Source: Mytilus edulis (taxonomy: Eukaryota). From it: a stretch of DNA of 64,000 bases. Under the pieces are notes generated by a model, which ran no database searches, was not told the DNA's origin, and saw nothing but the letters and a program-made list of their open reading frames with translations. This document shows, piece by piece, positions 25,801 through 37,800 of the stretch (positions are counted from its first letter, which is position 1; the number at the start of each line of letters is the position of its first letter). The position numbers were made by a program, and so were the translations under genes. Where the stretch lies: positions 21,576,001-21,640,000 of the forward strand of contig NC_092354.1 in NCBI RefSeq assembly GCF_963676685.1, given 5' to 3'.

Positions 25801-28800
25801 GTTGAATTCTGTGATTCGCTGTTTAACGTCATGCCCGCTAACAAATACAATGATTGAATTTAATAGTGTCAGTCCTGTGATTATGACCCGTGTATATAGC
25901 AAAATTCATAAATACACCGTTTGGTGGTGCGCGCAGATAAGGTAATAGGTAACAGGTGAATATACTATTGGTATCGGTATCGGATTCGACCCGGAACTTG
26001 TTAATTATTGGCAATATTAATGATGTGGAAAACAAAAGGGTCTGGAATGGTGTAATTTTTTAATCTACACCATTGTCCTATATTAGCTATATATAAAGTT
26101 GAATTCTTTGATTTGTCGTTTTTATACCCGATGACGGCTGACACATTGGACCTCGTTATTATAGATATGGTTCGTTACTGACCCCCTACGGACTCGTAGG
26201 GGGTCACAACGTGACGGCGTTAAACAAATCACAATGTGAAAATGTACCCGCGGTGCGATAATGTACAATGTTGGATGTTTACAATACGTAAAGACTTATA
26301 GTCGTCTTTTTTTTTTTATCGTGGATGTTTTGAAGTGTTGTGTGGTATAAAAGCATGATATGCTGTTGGATGTTTAGATAACACAGTGCGTATAGACTGG
26401 TACCCATCTTTTTTTCTAAAATGATTTTTAGTGTTGTACAGGTACAATATTATATGATGCATAAATATCTTAAATTGCATTCTGAATTGGTTCATTGGTA
26501 TCGGCTAACTTTTCTTGTTTTAAATACAGAAGTTTGACTGGTTTAAATAATGTACATATGAGCTAAGAAATATCTATTGATAAATTGTCAAAATTTGGTT
26601 AAAATTCAGAAATGTGCAGCTATATCCGGGCTACCAAAGACTGTTCGTCCAACAACAGTAGAAAATAGTAGAACACTTCCTCCATCGATCATAGGCAAAC
26701 GTCAAAACGAGGTTAATATGACACAATTGCCCATTATGGCCAGACACACATTGCCGCCATCTATAATAGGAAAGCGTCAAGATGCTGACGGGGAAACAAC
26801 GTTGTGTGAGCACTGCTGTAATAGTAGTACTATATGTAACACCGGGGGATATTGTGGATCTTTGTGTAAGTGAATTAAGAAACTGTATACATGTACCAGT
26901 CATACTCCAGAAATTAGAAAAAAACAGACCAAACACGAGTCATAATTAAGCATTTCGCGGTCATTTTCATATCCGAGACTGCAATTGGCATGATGACAGC
27001 GTTTTGATAAATTGTATGGCCTTATTATCATTTAGTTCGTGATTTGAAATGTTTCCAGTCATGAACTACACACTCTTTTTTATACGTTTTGCTTTATATC
27101 TATTGTACCGTTATATCAGGTTACTTGAAGTAGGCCGATTCCAATGTTGTTGTTTTTCTGACAGCGTGTCTTGTTTGCACTCATTTATTGTTGTTATTTT
27201 CTTTGACAACTTGTCAATGACATTAGTCACAGCTATTCATGTTTACATTATCATAAACAACTTTTTGTTGTTTACATTAACAGATTTAAACATAGCTGTG
27301 TTTATAAAATTGTCAAAGAGACAACAACCCGACCAAAGAGCAGAAAACTGCCGAATGCCAACAATGGGTCTTCAATAGAGCGAGAAAATTCCGCTCCCAA
27401 AGGCGTGCGTCAGATGGCCCGTAAACAAAAAAAATATGTACTAGTTTAGTGATAATGGGACGTCATACTTAACTCCGAAATATATAATAGAAACTAACAT
27501 TAAAAATCATACTAGACTGAACCTATATGATTACATCTACACTTCTTGTTTACACTACTAGTAACAGCTTTTCGGTTTTACAGCTTTCCATTTTACTTGA
27601 ACAGCTTTTCGTGTTTTTATTATCAGTCTTTTATGATAACATTTCATATCTATATTAACAGCTTTCCATGTAAACATTAATAGCTTTTAAAAATCCCGAT
27701 CATAAAAGGATGCATGCATTAAAAGTTTTTCATATTTAGGGTAACACTTTTACATGCCTGCATTACTAACTTTTCATGACGTTAATAGCTTTTTGTGTGT
27801 TCCTTAACAACTTTTCATGTTTTCATTAACAGCTTTTCATGTTTACATTAACAGCTTTGAGCAATCCTGGTCCGATATGTTACAGTTGTAAAGAAGCACA
27901 GACCGCTGACAGTTGTGACCAGATTGTTCAATGTGGCGAAGACGAGGTCTGTGCTTTAGATAGAATTTTAAATGTAACACGTCTTCTGATTGGCTGAAAG
28001 CGTTTTGTCTATCAGCTCAGAGACACAATTATGTCATGTGAACACGAAGTCATCAACGTTTTTATCATTATTTACTCCTTTTCAGAAATAAATCATAGGA
28101 CTTAAAGGAATATTTTTAATAGTTATTCTGTCTATTTGAAATAACGTAAAAAATGTGGCGCACACGTTTAAATAACCCATTACGCGCGTTATTCAGCGTG
28201 TACCACATTTTTTATGTTATTTCTTGATAATTTAATTTTGGATGTAACGCATCTTTTGATTGGCTGATGTTGTTTTGTTTATCAGCTCATAGATATAATT
28301 TAGTCATGTGAGCGTGACGTCACATCATCAACATTTTTTAAATGAATGAATGAATGATTTTATTCTCATAAACTAGTTCATAGCTACAGAGAAAATAACA
28401 GTTCATATTTAATACGTATTTTGTTTCGCATGTGTGAAAATAAATAACATTATAATATTATTAAAGTTCTTCTAACCAGGAGAACAGACTTTCAATGATA
28501 TGTATCTTATAAATCTACACAATTTTCTAGTTCTTCAACATTTTCAGATGAGAATACATTTCTAAATTTAATAATCTTAGCATTTTGTTTACAATAATGT
28601 GGTAAATATTTTTCTCTTTCAATGTTAAAAAAATTGCATGACAAAATGTAGTGAAATTCATCAGCAATATCTCGTGAGCTGCAGAGATGACAAGACCTTT
28701 CCGATCTCGAGATAGTTTGCCACCTTCCCGTCCCCACTGGCATCTAAATTTACACAAAGTACATAAAAAATTAAAAGGCAAAATCGATAAATACTTTTCA

Positions 28801-31800
28801 AATTTAAATTCAGTCTTGAAAATTCTATAACATTAACTTTTTGAGGATTGCTGTAAATCTGCACACCACTCTTGTCGAAATTGGTCTTTAAGCATTTGCT
28901 CAATACTTAATTTCATCCATTTTTTGTTTAAAAAATCTTGGCAATGCCATACATTTGACATGCCACATTCATCAAATATTTTCTCAATACATAACATCTA
29001 TTTATTTCCAATACCACAATTGTTATAGTTAATGTATAATAATTTATAAAGTATACGTGATAATTTATCTTCATTCGTATTATCAAGAAGGTAACACAAA
29101 AAGTTGACCATTCGTAGTTTAGCATATAGAGAAATGAGGTATCTCCCAAGTTCTCCATAAATCATAAAATTTGGAGTCGAGCTTTTAAGTTTTAGAATGT
29201 GTCTACAGAATTTCAAATGCACTCTCTCAAGTATATAAAATTTTTCGTATTCCCCAGCCCCGTATAGAAGAATAGTACAACAGCTTTACTAAAATTTATG
29301 ATAAAAGGGATGATTTTTCATTTCCTATCGTTAATTATCCGTTTTTAGATGGTGACGTTCCCTTGTCACCATCTTACGGTGTTTATATATCTCAACTTGT
29401 ACGATTCGCTCGTGTATGTAACAATGTTTTAGATTTTAACGAGAGAAATTTATGTATTACTGAAAAATTATTACATCAGGGTTTTCGATATCACAAACTA
29501 GTCAAAACATTTACTAAATTTTATCATCGGTATAAAGACATCATTCGTAAATATAGCTCAACATGCAGACTTCTAATACGTTCAGGTATTTCACATCCAA
29601 TTTTTTATGGTAATATTCTTTATAAAGCACAAAGGTGTCAGTATTCACCTCAGAAACTTACAAAACCTTTGAATAGACTTATTAAGAAGGGATATAATTA
29701 CGATACTGTTGTCAAGTCATTAAAGATTGCATATTTTGGCTTTAATATTGAGTCATTGATAAGGTTTTTGCATCGGAACTAAACACATTTATTCTAAAAA
29801 CAGTTGTTGGCATGACACGGGTTATGTTCTTCTCATATATGTTATGATGGTATGATACTAAACCCCTAACGGGAAGGATTGTGCCTGATGTTCATATGAT
29901 GAAATCATAATCTTTCAGTCAGTTTAATTGAAGTCTGGAGCTGGCATGTCAGTTAACTGCTAGTAGTCTGTTGTTATTTATGTATTATTGTCATTTTGTT
30001 TATTTTCTTTGGTTACATCTTCTGACATCAGACTCGGATTTCTCTTGAACTGAATTTTAATGTGCGTATTGTTATGCGTTTACTTTACTACATTGGTTAG
30101 AGGTATAGGGGGAGGGTTGAGATCTCACAAAAATGTTTAACCCCGCCGCATTTTTGCGCCTGTCCCAAGTCAGGAGCCTCTGGCCTTTGTTAGTCTTGTA
30201 TTATTTTAATTTTAGTTTCTTGTGTACAATTTGGAAATTAGTATGGCGTTCATTATCACTGGACTAGTATATATTTGTTTAAGGGCCAGCTGAAGGACGC
30301 CTCCGGGTGCGGGAATTTCTCGCTACATTGAAGACCTGTTGGTGACCCTCTGCTGTTGTTTTTTATTTGGTCGGGTTGTTGTCTCTTTGACACATTCCCC
30401 ATTTCCATTCTCAATTTTATTATCAAACATATCTAGTTGGCATTCGATCGATAAGTGATTCAATCTGCTCTTCTTGATAACACTATACATAGCTTTAGTT
30501 GCTTGGTCTCGTAAATATTTCCTAGTTTCGAAAAAAGATGCATTTCTAAGAAAATAACGCGTTTTCATGGTTTACTCCGGTTTAAAATGGAAGTTAGTAT
30601 TACATTATAAGAAATAACTGTAATATTTCATCTGTCTATTCGAAATAACATTAAAAAAAATGTGGCGCACACGTTTAAATAACCCACTACGTGGGTTATT
30701 CAGTGGGCAACTCATTTTTGATGCTATTTCTTCATAGATAGAACAAATATTACAGTTATTCCTTAAATAGCTACATTTGTTTGTAATTTGCCAATGTTTG
30801 TAGAGTAAGACTTTGGTTGGTTTGCTTGCTTTGTTTATATAAACGTTTTCAAAAAGCATTGTTATCAAGATTGACATCTGCGAACAATATAGATAGGCAT
30901 AGTTAAACCTGTATATATCATATCTAAATTTGATTTGGGTAGAGGTAGCCTTTAAGGAGGTAGACCTAGGTTAAGGAAGATAACTCTTTAAATCAGTCAA
31001 CCGTTTGTAAAAGTCAAGTTCACCAATGTATTTTAAGCATTTACCTGAAACAGATTGAAAATAATCTATGTAACCTAGAAGCTTAGAATATGTTTTTGAA
31101 AATGGTTGACACAAACGTACTGATGATTTTAAGAGTTATTTCCCTTAACCTAGGTCTACCACCTTAAGTGTAGTGAGCATTTATCTCTTATCAGCTTAAT
31201 TGGCGAAGCTTTTCATGAGCGTAATTTTCTTGTTAAAACTGTTGTCATAGTTTGTCTAGTTGGACTGGATGCGGGGATGTTTACCTACAGCACAAACTTG
31301 GTGGATATACCAGCAGTGGTGTCAAAAGAGTTTGCACCGTGAAAACTATTGAATATATGTCACCTGCGAATTTTCAATATTAAATACTAGTAAACACCGT
31401 CTACAAAGCACATATGTGTACTAATAGTAAATTATTTTGACTTCTAATTCGATGTCATGTTTGTTCGTTTGTTTCAGAAATGTTTTATTGGACAGGTATT
31501 TAATCGACTATCTCAGGAAAAAAGATGGACACATGGGTGTAAGAGTAATAAAACGGTTTGTACAATCTATAATAATGACAAGGATTCTGTTTTTCAATAT
31601 TTTACCGCTGTAATATTAGTATAAACATTGATGTGAAATTAACAATATTAATCTTCCATGGTATAAACAAACGGTAAGTTGCGGATATTCTATACAAAGG
31701 GATACTGGTCACAGTGTTTTAGCAAAAATAACAGGTATGTGAGTTGACGATTTCTCGAATTTTTATGATTTTTTTTGCATGAACCGATGGTATACGTCCG

Positions 31801-34800
31801 AGAAGACAAAAGTTAAGAGTGACGTCATGACTAAATTTTATACCGAAATCGTATTCTTTTATTTTTAATGTCCACCATAAACAGCTAAAATGAATTCGGT
31901 TACATCAGTAATCATTATATCCAATGACGGAAATTTTAATGGCAATAAAATATTATTTTGAAAGAAATCTTTTTTTTCAATCGGATTACAATACAGATCA
32001 CTTGCCCATGCTTTGCCTGTATGATCTGATGTAGCATTCCGTTTTTACTTTCTGTTCTGGTAATTAAATTTAAGGTGGTACCTAACACTACAGGGAGATA
32101 ACTCTGTAAAATCAACTGAACGTTTTAATTACGTTGCAGACAACCTAGATGTTAACAAAATAGATGAACTTTCAGTTAGACTGGGAGACATTGATCCCAA
32201 AAATACAAACATTGTAACAATTAATGATATAGTTGAAAATTGTAATAGTATTATTAAGAATGCTGCTGAATGTGCTGATATGTTGATTAAAACTACTAGC
32301 AATGTCAAGAAACATGGTTGTAAAAAATATAATCATTGTAAAAAATATTTTAACAGTGAATGTTATACAAAACGCAAAGCTTATCGTAAAGCAAAAAAAT
32401 ACCATTATAGAGTACGTTCTGTTGTTAATCACAATGATTTGGTACGTAAAAGCAAGGAATATAAGAATATACTGAAAAAACAATTTTGTGAATTTCAAAA
32501 GGCGTTTATAGGTAAACTCAGAGGTCTGCGTACCTCAGATCCTAAATCATATTGGTCACTACTAAATAAAGGTTGTGAAAAAGGTAAAGCTACTCAGCAA
32601 AAAGTAGCTATGAATGTATTTTTTGATCATTTTAAAAATTTAAACAATGTTGTAAATGATATTGATATTGTTTTACCAGATAATGTTACAGAATATAATA
32701 CTGTTATTAATGAGCCTATAAGTGAAAAAGATGTGTTAGATGCTATAAAAACATTAAAGAACGATAAAGCTTGTAGTAATGATATGATATTAAATGAATT
32801 TTTGAAACATGGAGCTGTCAAATTATTGCCTGTTTATGTCAAGATTTTTAATATTATTTTTGAAAGTGGTATTGTACCAGATTCTTGGTCTCAAGGTTTT
32901 ATATGTCCAATATACAAAAGCAAAGGTGACCCCGCAAGTGCGGACAATTATAGAGGTATCACTATACTTAGTTGTTATGGAAAACTATTTACATGTATTC
33001 TTAATAACAGATTATTCAATTACCTTGAATGTTTGGGTTTATTATGTGAAGAGCAAGCTGGTTTTCGGAAAGGCTATGGTACTGTTGACCATATTTTTAA
33101 CTTAAAATGTCTTATTGATATGTATTTATTTAGAAGGAAAAAACTGTACTGTGCTTTTGTAGATTATCGAAAAGCTTTTGATTCTGTAAACAGGGTATTA
33201 TTATGGCAAAAACTGTTACGTAATGGTATTGACGGTAAAATGCTTATTATTGTACAAAACTTGTATAAAAATGCTAAGTCTTGTGTTAGATCTGGTAGCA
33301 ACTTTTCAGAATTTTTTGCCTCCAATGTAGGAGTTAGACAAGGTGAGAATCTCTCACCTTTATTGTTCTCAATTTTTCTAAATGATTTGACAGATTTTTT
33401 GTCACATGCTTATAATGGTCTCTCTGATATATGTAATATGTCTCATTTATTATTTGATAATGATGATATTGAAGTTTTCTTTAAATTGTATTTGTTATTA
33501 TATGCTGATGATACTGTTATATTTGCTGAGTCTGCTACTGAATTACAATCTGCATTAAATGCCATGTACTTGTATTGTGAAACATGGAAGCTTAGTGTTA
33601 ATGTAGCCAAAACCAATATTGTGATATTTTCAAAAAACAGACAGGGTGAAAACACTCAATTTTTCTATAACAATGAACCAATAGCTGTGTTAGATGATTT
33701 TCTATATTTGGGTACAGTTTTTTCTAGAAAAGGTACTTTTCACAATAATAAGGCTAGACTTGTACAACAAGCTAGAAAAGCTATGTTCTATGTTTTATGT
33801 AAAGCGAGAAAGCTTAGTTTGCCAATAGATATTTTGTTACAATTATTTGATGCAATGGTGGCACCTATTTTGTTATATGGTGCAGAAGTATGGGGTTATG
33901 AAAATAATGACATTATTGAGTCTTTGCATTTAGAATTTTGCAAGTATATATTAAAGGTTAAAAAATGTACGCCAAATTATATTGTATATGGCGAACTTGG
34001 TAGAACACCCATGTCTATATGTATTAAAGCTAGAATGGTTGGTTTTTGGCAGCGAATTTTAAATGGCAAGAAAGAGAAAATATCTCGAACATTGTATGAT
34101 ATGTTGCATAAACTGAATGAAGGTGATGTGTACCATTCTAAATGGTTATTATATATAAAGGATATTTTAATTGAATGTGGTTATGGAAATTATTGGTATG
34201 ACCAATCTGTATTAAGAAATATAAACCTGTCTAAAAATGTAAAGCAAGTTCTTCATGAAAAATTTGTAGAAGGTTGGAAATTACAAGTATATGACTCACC
34301 GAAGTGTATAAATTACCGTATTTATAAATCTGATTTTAAATTTGAGAATTATCTCACTGTACTTCCACCTGATTTAATGTATAATCTTACTAAGTTTAGA
34401 TGCGGTAGCCACAAATTGCCAATTGAAGCTGGTAGATTTTTTAGTATCAATAGAGCTGAAAGAATTTGTGATCTTTGTAATAAGCAAGAACTGGGTGATG
34501 AATTTCATTATATATTTAATTGTAACTTTTTTACGCAAGAAAGACTAAAGTTTATACCTGATCATATATATAAAAACAAAAATACTGTAAGCTTGTCAAA
34601 TTTAATGAGTAGTCAAGATAAATATGTACTTGTTGGATTGGCAAAATTTTGCAAAATTGTTATGTCTGTATTTAAATGATAATATATGGATATTACTCTT
34701 TCATCTGCATACACCTACTTCATATGTATATATGTTAGTTCATGCATTACTGTTGTTTGTTAAATTTATTGTTTGTTAAATTCATTGTACTATTATGCCT

Positions 34801-37800
34801 CATGTGAGGCCTTTAGTGAAAATAAAAGTTTCAAGTTTCAAGTTTCAAGTTGCGTAGATAATGAAAGCTTCTCAGTGATGAGAATAAGTGTTTGTGAAAC
34901 TGCTATATAACTAGTGTATTTTTTCTGATAAAACGGTTGGTTCAAAATTTTTGAAATTTTTATATTTTTGTTAAAGGCTCAAAGTGAATACTTTGACAAA
35001 ATTTTAAGAAAATTAAACGAGCCAAATTAATTTTAGCGAAAGTGTTGGGTACCACCTTAAATGGAATATTACAGTTATTTACCTCGTAAAAAAATGAAAT
35101 ATCACACACATGATTTTTCGGTATTCAAATGCAGTTTCTTTTGATCTAGTTGTCTGCAAAGTTTCATAAAAACAGTGAGACTACACTTTTCATACTTTTT
35201 ACCTGAAAAAGGAATTGCACAATCCACGATATGAAAGATTCTAATGTTTGTTTACACAGCAAAGCTCATAAGATGTTTTAAGCTATGTTAGGTAAGACAA
35301 AGCAAACATTATAAAGTAATGCTAATTTTGGTTTTTACATCGAGGCTATTTTTAATTGTAGTGTGCATATACACAAGGGAAGAGAGACACAGACGATGGA
35401 AACAGTCAAATATGTGAGGAGTGTTGTGAGGATCACTTGTGTAATAATGTGTGTACAAACTTCGTGGACTGGAACGCCCCCTTTGTACCGACCACTTCAT
35501 CTTTGAAGACTGATGCGATAACTGCGATGTCTACCCTTGATATTATAAAAACAACGTTGCCGACGACAAAAACAACCACATTGCCGACGACAAAAACAAC
35601 TGCATTGCCGACGACTAAAACAATAATACCGACAACAAAAACAACAACCATGCCGACGACAGAAATACTAACAACTAAAACGCCGATGACAAAAACAACA
35701 ACACTGCTGACGACGAAAAAAGAAACAACACTGCCGACGACGAAAAAAAGAACAACCATGCCGACGACAACGACAACCACGTTGCCAACAACCACGCTAG
35801 GTAGGACTTACAGTGAAACCTGTTTAAACCGAATCTCTTCGGGATTAATTTGTTCAATTTGTGCGGATGTTCGGTTTTGTCAGGTTCAAAACGCATACAA
35901 TTTGATATGACGATGCTTAAAACATGGTTGGTTTATACAAGTTTTCGGTTTATACATAATTGGTTTAGTCAAGTTACACTGTATAGACACAGTTTGATAC
36001 AATTAGTAAACGCTAATTCAGATGGGGGCGCAACAAACGCTAATTCGAATGGGGGCGCAACATACGAGTACCCCTCTATAACAATTAATAAAACTGTAAT
36101 TTATATGTTACGTTACAACCAATTAATTTGTAAAAATATAGTCAGGTAACTCTCATTTTCGGTAGCATTCCACAAAATCAAATCCTGGGATCGCACATGT
36201 CTCCTTCAACACCAGGAATGATACTAGGTGCTCAGGAACGATATGTATTTCCTGCTTTTTCACTCATCCAGGCAATTTTATTATTTAAACTATAAAAAAA
36301 AACACCAAAACAAACAAAAAAACTGCGATCACAAAAATCTTATTAATAAATCGTGCCGAAAATGTGAAAAGTATTGCACAGACGGTGTTGTTATAGTTAA
36401 ATGGGCCGGACAGTTGCCTATTATTGCTCACATCCACCTCATTTGAACGTTGATGGATATTTGTCTCATTGGCAATCGTACTATAATCCCTTAGTTTATT
36501 TACGCTAACCAACTTTCAAATGTTTAGGTTTAAGTGAAGAACATGAGAATGGTAAATCCAGAAAATGTTATTGTAAACCAACTTATTTTTGCGAATTCTT
36601 ATTATCGCGTTTAGCCCTTTCTAGCCAGCTTCACAGCGTCTTAATTTCGCGGTTTTCAAATTCACTTGATGTAGTTAGATAAGGAAAGATCCAAGGTTAA
36701 ATTTTCTCGATTTTTATTCGCGTTATTTTTTTCTACTCGCGAAAGTCGCGAAAATTAGTTGGTTAATCGTTGTTTGATTACATACACTGTAAAGTTGTAA
36801 TTATCTACCGTGATTAAATTATAGACCCTGCTGTCATGGTTAATTGTGATTTTGAGGCTGATCTTTGTAATTGGCACCAAGATAAAATGGATGATGGTGA
36901 CTGGAGAATTCACTCAGGTCCTACAGCTACGGATAAAACTGGACCGGATAGTGATCATACATTGGGCAGTGGTAAGATTAGCGACAACATTGCATCCTTT
37001 GAATATTTTAAATTGTCTATAGACTTTTGATGAGGTAAATATATTATAGACGGATCTGTTCAGATTATATTACTGAAGACGAAGTTTTCGATACTGACCG
37101 TCAATCTTTATAAATATAGAAAGTCTGAAACATTGAAAAATAGAAACAAAGCTTCAGATACTTGGAATACCCTTTGATTCACATGATCGTCATGACCAAT
37201 GAAAAAAAGAAGAATGCTACACAGTATTAATAATGTATTACATCATTTGCATATATTACCATCTTATATTAGTACTGTTGTGCAAATCTTTCCTTTACAC
37301 TTACATAATGTTTTCCTTATCTGAATAGCATTGTTCATTCCAACCCTGGTACCTTTGATAACTATTTACACTACTGGGTCGATGCCACTCCTGGTGGACG
37401 TTTCGTCCCCGTGGGTATCACCAGCCCAGTAGTTAGCACTTCGGTGTTGACGTGAATATCAATTATATGGGCATTTTTATAAATTTCCTCTTTACAAAAC
37501 TACGAGTTTTTCGAAAAACTAAAGATTTTCTTATCCCAGGCATAGATTACTTTAACGTTTTGGGCACTACTTTTTTGAATTTCGGGTCCTCAATGCTCTT
37601 CAACTTTGTACTTGTTTGGCTTTATAACTATTTAGATCTGAGCTTCACCGATTAGTATTATGTAGACGAAACGCGCGTCTGTCGTATAACATTATAATAT
37701 CCGGTTTATATTAAATTTCTGACTTGTCCTTCATGCATACTTCTATTTATACCTACCTGTCTGAAACGTCGAAAAAAATGATTATCAGGTTGTCAATTAG

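Larger units (their letters stand above)
28342..30558 (-). mobile_element. Degenerate CR1/L2-type LINE (frameshifted), interrupted by a Penelope-like insertion
   Basis: Minus-strand peptides QATKAMYSV…LDMFD, TPNFMIYGELGR and ERSCHLC…DEFHYILSC are homologous to the 799-aa ORF; (attc)n tail at 28342-28356. Confidence 0.88.
32074..35056. mobile_element. TTAA-flanked MITE (Kolobok/piggyBac-like target) split by the LINE
   Basis: ttaa|GGTGGTACC…GGTACCACC|ttaa; unsplit relatives at ~24432-24780 and ~52310-52566. Confidence 0.85.

Noticed and set aside
35433-35795. Val-rich minus-strand ORF resembling a membrane protein
   Set aside because: It is the antisense shadow of the Thr-rich exon 8.
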